Positions 45,639 through 51,401 are shown, counted from the first letter of the stretch. The stretch is 64,000 nt of DNA from Gemmatimonadales bacterium (GCA_025935995.1 JAICUF010000002.1:11680-75679), one strand, 5' to 3'. Translations and numbers: made by a program. The notes: generated by a model not told the origin, from the letters alone.

Positions 45639-46618
45639 CGCGCGGCGCGCACCACCGTCTCGCCGGGCGTGAGGCCGCTCGCCACCTCGACCCGGCCCCC
45701 GCTCAGATCGCCGCCGAGGGTGACCGCGCGGAGCGTGGTGCGGTCATTGGCCCAGACGAGCACGTATCCATCGGGGGAGAGCGCGGAGCGCGGCATCGCC
45801 ACGACCCAGCGGCGCTGGGCTCCGAGGCGGACCGTGACGCTGGCACCGGGGACGAGATGGGCGCCGCTGTCGAGCTGCACGACCGCCTCCTGGGTGCCGC
45901 TCGCGGCGTCGATGGCCGGCGAGACCCGCACGATGCGGCCGGCCGCGGCCGCGCCCCGGAGACCCAGCACGCGCGCCGGAGCGCCGGGCCGGATGCCGTC
46001 GGCGGAATTCTCGGGCACCCGCACCGAGACGAGGAGCGGCGACGCGGCGGTGACGCGGAAGAGCGAATCACCCACGCGGACCAGGCGGCGCGCGCGGGCC
46101 ATGCGCGCGGTGACCACGCCGGCGAAGGGCGCCACCACCCGGGTGAGGTCGGCGTCGCGCCGCGCCTGACGCAGCTGGATCTCCGCGCGCCGAAGCTCCG
46201 ACTCAACCTGCTCCAGCTCCGCCGCGGTGGACCCGCCGGCGGCCGCCAGCGCGCGCTGCCGGACCGCGACCCGGCGGGCGTTGTCGGCCTCTTCGGTGGC
46301 GCGGGCCAGCGCGATCTGCTGATCGGTGCTCTCGAGACTCGCGAGCAGCTGGCCCGCCGCCACGCGGCTTCCGAGATCGGCGTGGACCGCCTCGACCAGT
46401 CCCGGGGCCCGCGCGATCACGACCGCATCATTCTCGACGTAGAGCTGGCCGGGCAGCGAGAGGGGCGCGTCCACCAGCTCGCTGTCCACCGTCGCGAGAG
46501 TCGCCGGCGGGGTCGCCGCGCGGCGCGCGGGCGGCGTGGCGGTTTCGGCGCGGGGATCGCCTCCGCAGGCCGCGGCGCCCAGCGCCAGGATGAGTCCGAC
46601 CGCATGGCGACTCGTCAT
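45635..46618 (-). CDS. HlyD-type periplasmic adaptor lipoprotein
   Basis: Start at MTSRHAVGLILALGAAACGG (lipobox). ATGA overlaps with both neighbours (46615-46618, 45635-45638). ...VEAVHADLGSRVAAGQLLASL...coiled coil...VVAPFAGVVTA...beta-barrel. Confidence 0.85.
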   Translation of the reverse strand: MTSRHAVGLILALGAAACGGDPRAETATPPARRAATPPATLATVDSELVDAPLSLPGQLYVENDAVVIARAPGLVEAVHADLGSRVAAGQLLASLESTDQQIALARATEEADNARRVAVRQRALAAAGGSTAAELEQVESELRRAEIQLRQARRDADLTRVVAPFAGVVTARMARARRLVRVGDSLFRVTAASPLLVSVRVPENSADGIRPGAPARVLGLRGAAAAGRIVRVSPAIDAASGTQEAVVQLDSGAHLVPGASVTVRLGAQRRWVVAMPRSALSPDGYVLVWANDRTTLRAVTLGGDLSGGRVEVASGLTPGETVVRAAR

Positions 46619-48042
46619 GACCAGATCCTCCACCAGAGAAGCCGCGCCCAGCGGGCCGGCGCCCGCACCATCCGCGTCGCGACGGATGCCGGCGCCGTCA
46701 GCACCCGCGCATACGCGGCCATCCCCGGGCGCAGCAGGCCGTCGGGATTGGCCACCAGCGCGCGGACCGGGAAGCGCACATGGTCGGCCGAGTCGGCGGG
46801 CAGGGGACCGAGCGAGATGACGCGGCCGCTGAAGGTGCGCTGCGGCAGCGCGTCGACCCGGAGCCGCACCTCGTTGCCCACCGACACTCGGCCGATCTCG
46901 CGCTGGTCGATCCCGAACTCGAGCTCCAGGCTGTCGGTGCGGCCCACGGTCAGGATGAGATCACCCGCGTCGAGCCAGCTGCCGGTACGCTCCTCGGGCC
47001 GCGGCGTGAGCACCACGCCCGAGGACGGCGCTCGCACCGTCGCGGCCGCGATCTCCTCGTCGAGCAGCGCCACCTCCTGGCGCAGCGATTCGCCGCGCAC
47101 CCGCTGGCTCCGTTCTTCGGCAGCGTCGCCCCGGCTCGCGGCCAGGGCGGCGGCGCGGTCGCTGGCGGCCACCGCGGCGGCGGCCGCAATGCGGGCACTG
47201 CGGGTCTCGATGTCGCGGAGCTGCACCAGCGGCGTCCCCCGCGCGACCGCCGTCCCCTCCCGCACCAGCACCCGCTCGACCACGCCGGGCACCAGCGCCC
47301 GCACCTGCACCATGCTGGCCGGCCGGAAGACCGGGCTGCTCCCGCTCACGCGGAGCGGCCAGCGGATGAGCGTGAGCGCGGCGAGCGCCACCACCGCGAG
47401 CGCGGCATAGGCCTGCCGCTGGCGGCGAGGGAGCTCCATGAAGGCGCGCTTCTTCGCGGCGAGCGCGCCCAGGGTGTCGATGAGCGGGACCTGCGCGTAG
47501 AGCTGCGCGTTCCGGAGCGCCACCGCCGTCTGGTTGGCGAGGATCGCGGCGACCTCGCGCTGGCGCTGCGTCGCGAATTCCGGCTCCCCTGATTCGAAGA
47601 GCAGGATGCCGAGGGTGCCCTCCTCGTCCCGGAGCGGCAGGTAGAGACCGCTCCTGACCCCGTCGGCCTCCAGGTCCTGACCGAAGATCTGCACCAGCTG
47701 GCGCTCGGCGTCGGAGGCGGGGTCGGCGCGGTCGACGAGGTAGAACGACTCACCGTGGCCCGCGACCCAGGCGGCGCGCGCGGCCAGGTCGAGGACGCGC
47801 GGGTCCTTCGCATTCACCGTATCCTGACCCGCCATAGCGCGGATGTCGCAGACGCCCTTGTCGTAGAGCGCCACGGCGGCGCGGTCGAAGGTGAGGGCCT
47901 GCGCGGAGAGATTGACGACGGAGCGGAGTACCCGGTCGAGGTCGAGGCTCGCCGTGATCTCGCGGCTGATCTCGAGCAGGAGGGTAAGGTCGGCGGCGGC
48001 CGGGGTGCCGGCGCCGGAGGGCGGACTGGTTGTGGCGGTCAC
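46615..48042 (-). CDS. GAF domain - TM helix - HlyD-type adaptor fusion protein
   Basis: 475 aa, GTG start. aa ~18-185 form a GAF domain (...LLLEISREITASLDLDRVLRSVVNLSAQAL...LYLPLRDEEGTLGILLFES...ILANQTAVALRNAQLY). TM helix AYAALAVVALAALTLI. Then lipoyl halves, coiled coil and beta-barrel (...VLVREGTAVARGTPLVQL.../...VRAPSSGVVLT...). Confidence 0.85.
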   Translation of the reverse strand: MTATTSPPSGAGTPAAADLTLLLEISREITASLDLDRVLRSVVNLSAQALTFDRAAVALYDKGVCDIRAMAGQDTVNAKDPRVLDLAARAAWVAGHGESFYLVDRADPASDAERQLVQIFGQDLEADGVRSGLYLPLRDEEGTLGILLFESGEPEFATQRQREVAAILANQTAVALRNAQLYAQVPLIDTLGALAAKKRAFMELPRRQRQAYAALAVVALAALTLIRWPLRVSGSSPVFRPASMVQVRALVPGVVERVLVREGTAVARGTPLVQLRDIETRSARIAAAAAVAASDRAAALAASRGDAAEERSQRVRGESLRQEVALLDEEIAAATVRAPSSGVVLTPRPEERTGSWLDAGDLILTVGRTDSLELEFGIDQREIGRVSVGNEVRLRVDALPQRTFSGRVISLGPLPADSADHVRFPVRALVANPDGLLRPGMAAYARVLTAPASVATRMVRAPARWARLLWWRIWS

Positions 48043-48057
48043 GGACAGGATATACAG

Positions 48058-48091
48058 AAAAAAAGCGGGCGCCGGAAGACCCGGCGCCCGC
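48058..48091 (-). terminator. rho-independent terminator/attenuator between the mini-ORFs and the GAF-HlyD gene
   Basis: Read on the minus strand: GCGGGCGCCGG-GTCTT-CCGGCGCCCGC (perfect 11-bp GC stem at 48065-48075/48081-48091, 5-nt loop) followed by TTTTTTT (48058-48064). It lies 20 nt after the mini-ORF-2 stop and 16 nt before the GTG at 48042. Confidence 0.75.
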
Positions 48092-48110
48092 TTTCGCGTT
48101 CAGCCGATCC

Positions 48111-48263
48111 TCAGGAGGGGACGACCGTCCGCGGGGCGATCCGCTGCTCCAGCTCTTCCACGCTCAGCTCGATGGCTTCGGCGGACTTGCCGGTCGCGGT
48201 CCGGATCTGATTCTTCTGCTCGTCGGTCAGGTTGATCCTGAGGTGCTTCTTCTCGTCGGCCAT
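48111..48263 (-). CDS. mini-ORF 2: 50-aa peptide MADEKKHLRINLTDEQKNQIRTATGKSAEAIELSVEELEQRIAPRTVVPS (candidate precursor peptide)
   Basis: Translated by hand; it is below the cut-off of the supplied ORF track. ATG at 48263 is preceded by GGGAGAG, and the stop is TGA at 48111-48113. Paralogous to mini-ORF 1, and followed by the terminator. Confidence 0.65.
   Translation of the reverse strand: MADEKKHLRINLTDEQKNQIRTATGKSAEAIELSVEELEQRIAPRTVVPS
48126..48172 (-). repeat. 47-bp direct repeat copy B (inside mini-ORF 2)
   Basis: Identical to 48320-48366 at 46 of 47 positions (the single difference is a synonymous CTG/CTC). Encodes (I/V)ELSVEELEQRIAPRT. Confidence 0.9.
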
Positions 48264-48310
48264 GGTGTCTCTCCCTGTGTTGAACTGCGTGAACGATCCT
48301 GTCGTACGGC

Positions 48311-48451
48311 CTAGAGCATCGTCCGCGGGGCGATCCGCTGCTCGAGCTCTTCCACGCTCAGCTCGACCGAATCAACCGCCTTGCCCATCGCCTTCTCGAG
48401 CTCGGCCTTCTGGTCGGGGGTCAGTTCGATCTTGATGTTCTGGTCAGCCAT
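48311..48451 (-). CDS. mini-ORF 1: 46-aa peptide MADQNIKIELTPDQKAELEKAMGKAVDSVELSVEELEQRIAPRTML (candidate precursor peptide)
   Basis: Translated by hand. ATG at 48451 is preceded by AAGGAGA (6-nt spacer), and the stop is TAG at 48311-48313. It shares MAD..., the I.LT..QK...GK pattern and the identical 15-aa block ELSVEELEQRIAPRT with mini-ORF 2. Confidence 0.7.
   Translation of the reverse strand: MADQNIKIELTPDQKAELEKAMGKAVDSVELSVEELEQRIAPRTML
48320..48366 (-). repeat. 47-bp direct repeat copy A (inside mini-ORF 1)
   Basis: See copy B. The flanking N-terminal coding sequence and the last 2-4 codons have diverged, whereas this block is conserved at the nucleotide level. Confidence 0.9.
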
Positions 48452-48505
48452 CTTGGTCTCCTTGTTGGGCCGCAGGGCGGCGGGGGTCGCAACGAACTGG
48501 GAACG

Positions 48506-48511
48506 AGTCTA
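48506..48511 (-). promoter_or_regulatory. candidate -10 hexamer TAGACT for the mini-ORF transcript
   Basis: Minus strand reads TTTCACGAATTTTTCACG-CCGGCGCCG-TAGACT. The hexamer is about 55 nt upstream of the mini-ORF-1 ATG, and there is no canonical -35. Confidence 0.3.
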
Positions 48512-48521
48512 CGGCGCCGGC

Positions 48522-48539
48522 GTGAAAAATTCGTGAAAT
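48522..48539. promoter_or_regulatory. repeat box A: GTGAAAAATTC-GTGAAAT (two GTGAAA heptamer-type repeats, 11-bp spacing)
   Basis: GTGAAA begins at 48522 and 48533. On the minus strand the pair sits where a -35 element would be for the TAGACT hexamer. AT-rich island in GC-rich DNA. Confidence 0.5.
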
Positions 48540-48575
48540 CGCCTGGGCTCGGCTGGCGGCAGCCGGCCGGACAGC

Positions 48576-48582
48576 GTGAAGA
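48576..48582. promoter_or_regulatory. single degenerate repeat GTGAAGA
   Basis: It starts 33 bp (3 x 11) upstream of the first repeat of box B, and 43 and 54 bp from the two box A repeats. Confidence 0.3.
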
Positions 48583-48608
48583 ACGGCGACCCGGCGCCAC
48601 CCCCGAAC

Positions 48609-48626
48609 GTGAAAAACTCGTGAAAA
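48609..48626. promoter_or_regulatory. repeat box B: GTGAAAAACTC-GTGAAAAG (two GTGAAA repeats, 11-bp spacing)
   Basis: GTGAAA begins at 48609 and 48620. 16 of 18 nt are identical to box A. It ends 6 nt before the TTG (48633) that opens the regulator ORF and is followed by GATATT. Confidence 0.5.
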
Positions 48627-48632
48627 GGGATA

Positions 48633-50873
48633 TTGCGGTCCCCAGCCGAGGCGGTATGTTGGCCAATCACCCGAAAATCGGCTGGAGGTCCCACGAGCCC
48701 CTTTGCGCTGCGGCTGCTCGGTTCGCCAAGCGTCTCCACCGGAGACGAGGGGACGACTGCGCACCTGGGCGCCAAGGAGCTGTCGCTCCTGGCCTACCTC
48801 GCGCTCGAGCCCGGCCCGCATCCCCGGGAGGAGCTGGCCGCACTCCTCTGGGGCGAATCGTCGGACGCCGACGCCCGGGCCTCGCTCCGCCAGGCGCTCA
48901 AGCATCTGCGGGACGCGCTGGGTGATGCGCTCGTGGTCGAGCGGGGCAGCGCGATGCTCGGCCCGGGCATCTCCTCCGACGTCGCCGACTTCCGCCGGGC
49001 CGCCGCCGGAAGTCCCGCCGACGCCATTCGCTTCGACATTCCCCACGCGCTGGCCGGGCTCTCGGTCCGGCACGCTCCCGTCTTCGACGAGTGGCTGGAG
49101 CGGACGCGGGCCGAGCTTCGCCGGGAATATGAGGAGGCGCTCGCGACGGTGGGGCGCGAGGCACTGGGACGGCACGCGTGGCGGGAGGCGTTGCAGGTGG
49201 CCGACCGCTGGCTGGCCGCCGACCCGCTGGCCGAGGCGGCGATCCGGCTGGCCGTGGAGGCGAGCTATCTCTCGGGCGATCGCCGGGCCGCGCTCGCCCG
49301 CTTCGCGGACTACCGCCGCCTGCTCGAGCGCGAGGGTGGCGTCGCGCCGGGCCATGCGCTCCTCTCGCTGGTGCGGCGGGTCGAGTCCGACGGCACCCTC
49401 GATGCGCCGAATCCTTCCGCCGACGACTGGTACGCCCGCCCGCCCGCGCTGCAGGCCGCGCTGATCGAGCGCGACACCGAATGGCGCGCGCTGAGCGGCG
49501 CCTGGCGAACCCTCGGCCCGTCGAGTGGCGCCATCGTCCTCATGGAAGGCGAGGCCGGCGCCGGGAAGACGCGGCTCGCCGAGGAGTTCCTGCGGTGGGT
49601 GGTGGCGGAGGGAGGTGCCGTCCTGCGGGGCCGCGGCTACGGCGGCCGCGCCGGCGTGTCCTACGGCACGATGGTCGAGGTGCTGGGCGAGTCGCTCGAT
49701 CAGGCGGGCGTGGGCGGCACCGCGCCCGACTGGCTCTCGGAGGTGGCGCGGCTCGTGCCGGAGATCCGCCAGCGATTCCCGGGGCTGCCCGCGCCGTCGC
49801 CCGGCAGCGATCCGATGCACGGGAGCCGACTCTACGAAGGCGTCGCCCAGATGCTGCTCGCCATCTCGGCCGAGCGGCCGGTGGTGGTGGCGGTGGACGA
49901 TCTGCAGTGGTGCGACGAGGACTCGTGCAGTCTCCTCCTCTTCCTGGCCCGCCGGCTCGAGCGCGCACCCATCCTCTGGCTCGGTCTCCTGACGCTGGGG
50001 GAGCTCGAGCGCGATGCGCCGGCGGCGCGACTCTGCCGCGTGTGGCGCACCCGGCCGCACGCCGGCGCCATCACGCTCGCGCCGCTCAGCGCCGACGGCG
50101 TGCTGGCCCTCGTGTCGGAGATGGGGCGGCTCCGGGAGGGCGGCGAGGCGCGGCGGTTCGCGGCACGCCTGCACGAGGTGACGCGCGGCAATCCCTTCTA
50201 TCTCCAGGAGCTGCTCAAGACGCTCTTCGCGCAGGAGGTGCTGCGCGACTCGCCGGAGGGATGGGTGCTGCCGGAGCCGCAGTCTCCCGGCGTGCTCGAC
50301 GTCTCGATGCCGCGGTCGGTGCAGGACGCGATCGCCGAGCGGGTGGAGCGGCTGCCGGAGCCGGCGCACGCGATGCTGGTGACGGTGGCGGTGGCGGAGA
50401 CGGGCTGCGACACCGAGGTGCTGTCGCACATGCACGGCATCTCGCGCCTGCATGCCGCCGCGCTGGGCGACGCGCTCGTGGGACGGCGCCTGCTGGTGGA
50501 GGAGGAGAACGCGTACCGCTGCGCGCACCCCGTGATCGGCCGCGTGGTGCGCGACGGGCTCTCCCCCTCGAGGCGGCGCGAGGTGCACCGGAGTCTCGCG
50601 CTCACCCTCCAGGGTCTCGCGCGCGACTCGGGCGATCCGACGCTCGCGGGGGTGATCGCGCTGCACGCCGACCGCGGCGGCGAGCGGGGACTCGCGTACC
50701 AGGCCGCGCTCTCGGCGAGTCAGATCGCGGCGGAGCGCTTCACGCAGGAGGAGGCGCTGAGCTGGCTCGATCAGGCGGCCACCTACGCGCGCACGCCCGA
50801 GGAGGCCGCGGAGGTGAATCGCCTTACGGCGCTGCTGGTGGACGGGACGGCGCCGCTGCTCGAGACCCGCTGA
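48633..50873 (+). CDS. SARP-type transcriptional activator (OmpR-like wHTH + BTAD) fused to a P-loop AAA/NB-ARC-like ATPase and C-terminal helical repeats
   Basis: ...FALRLLGSPSV...LGAKELSLLAYLALEPGPHPREELAALLWGES...ASLRQALKHLRDALG... (wHTH). ...FDEWLERTRAELRREYEEAL...ALARFADYRRLLEREGGVAPG... (BTAD). Walker A GEAGAGKT and ...VVVAVDDLQWCD... (Walker B). The start is uncertain: the TTG at 48633 is the first start-type codon in frame. Confidence 0.85.
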   Translation: MRSPAEAVCWPITRKSAGGPTSPFALRLLGSPSVSTGDEGTTAHLGAKELSLLAYLALEPGPHPREELAALLWGESSDADARASLRQALKHLRDALGDALVVERGSAMLGPGISSDVADFRRAAAGSPADAIRFDIPHALAGLSVRHAPVFDEWLERTRAELRREYEEALATVGREALGRHAWREALQVADRWLAADPLAEAAIRLAVEASYLSGDRRAALARFADYRRLLEREGGVAPGHALLSLVRRVESDGTLDAPNPSADDWYARPPALQAALIERDTEWRALSGAWRTLGPSSGAIVLMEGEAGAGKTRLAEEFLRWVVAEGGAVLRGRGYGGRAGVSYGTMVEVLGESLDQAGVGGTAPDWLSEVARLVPEIRQRFPGLPAPSPGSDPMHGSRLYEGVAQMLLAISAERPVVVAVDDLQWCDEDSCSLLLFLARRLERAPILWLGLLTLGELERDAPAARLCRVWRTRPHAGAITLAPLSADGVLALVSEMGRLREGGEARRFAARLHEVTRGNPFYLQELLKTLFAQEVLRDSPEGWVLPEPQSPGVLDVSMPRSVQDAIAERVERLPEPAHAMLVTVAVAETGCDTEVLSHMHGISRLHAAALGDALVGRRLLVEEENAYRCAHPVIGRVVRDGLSPSRRREVHRSLALTLQGLARDSGDPTLAGVIALHADRGGERGLAYQAALSASQIAAERFTQEEALSWLDQAATYARTPEEAAEVNRLTALLVDGTAPLLETR

Positions 50874-51381
50874 GCCATCCCGCGAGCCTGCCCCACAGCT
50901 TCGGATCCAGCACCATCAGCGTGAGGAAGTAGAGCGTCACCTCGTCCGCCGGGAAACGGGCGGCGAGGTCGTCGGCCGCGCGCGCGAGACGGGCGTCGTC
51001 CACCGGCAGCTCCTCGATCGTGTCGGTGATGAGTCCGTTGGTGTGCGGGATGCCCAGGCTGTCGAGGAAGCCGCCGAGCATGGCGGCGCGGTCCTCGACG
51101 TGAAGCGCGATGAGCGCCGCCTGCATCACGTCGGGGGTGAGGAGGCCGGGCGCCTTGAGGGCGTCGGCATACTGTTCGGCCGACCAGGAATTGAAGGCGG
51201 TGGGGCGGAAGGCGCGGTAGCGCGGCGTCTTCCGGAGGAGGGTGGCGAGCGCGCGCCTGGCGTCGCGGTCGCCCTTGAGCGAGAGCGCCACCGCCCGACG
51301 GCGCTCGTCGGCGGTGAGGGCGGACCAGAGATCGGCGACGGTGGCGGACGCCGGATCGGCGGCGAGGTCGGAGAGAGTCAT
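50824..51381 (-). CDS. hypothetical protein
   Basis: 185 aa from the ATG at 51381 (MTLSDLAADP...). Natural helical composition; no family recognised. Its 3' end overlaps the convergent regulator gene by 50 nt. Confidence 0.5.
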   Translation of the reverse strand: MTLSDLAADPASATVADLWSALTADERRRAVALSLKGDRDARRALATLLRKTPRYRAFRPTAFNSWSAEQYADALKAPGLLTPDVMQAALIALHVEDRAAMLGGFLDSLGIPHTNGLITDTIEELPVDDARLARAADDLAARFPADEVTLYFLTLMVLDPKLWGRLAGWLSGSRAAAPSRPPAAP

Positions 51382-51401
51382 GGCGGAAATGTAGCCGGGC
51401 C

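Noticed and set aside
48057-48095. Reading the hairpin as a bidirectional terminator that also ends a plus-strand transcript
   Set aside because: On the plus strand the stem is followed by only TTT and then CGCG, and no plus-strand gene ends nearby. The T7 tract is on the minus strand.
48279-48294. Extra GTTGAAC/GTGAAC pair between the two mini-ORFs as a sixth or seventh regulator box
   Set aside because: The spacing is 10 bp, not 11, and the sequence is degenerate. It lies only ~17 nt from the mini-ORF-2 ATG, leaving no room for a promoter. It is more likely a relic of the tandem duplication of the peptide gene and its leader.
48030-48435. Plus-strand ORFs 48030-48314 (94 aa) and 48232-48435 (67 aa) covering the mini-ORF region
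   Set aside because: They are antisense to the two mini-ORFs, run straight through the terminator hairpin, and lack SD boxes. The minus-strand reading instead gives two paralogous peptides with strong SDs and synonymous-only variation in the repeat.
48111-48451. Classifying the mini-peptides as lanthipeptide, NHLP/Nif11 or double-glycine bacteriocin precursors
   Set aside because: There is no GG/GA cleavage motif and no Cys. Only 2-5 residues follow the conserved block. The locus has no LanM/LanBC, YcaO, radical-SAM or C39-ABC gene. Only the acidic ELS.EELE helix is reminiscent of those leaders.
48509-48775. 88-aa minus-strand ORF containing the repeated peptide FHEFFT
   Set aside because: The repeat is simply the translation of the GTGAAAAAYTCGTGAAA DNA boxes. 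The ORF spans the intergenic region and the regulator 5' end, has no SD, and has an implausible composition.
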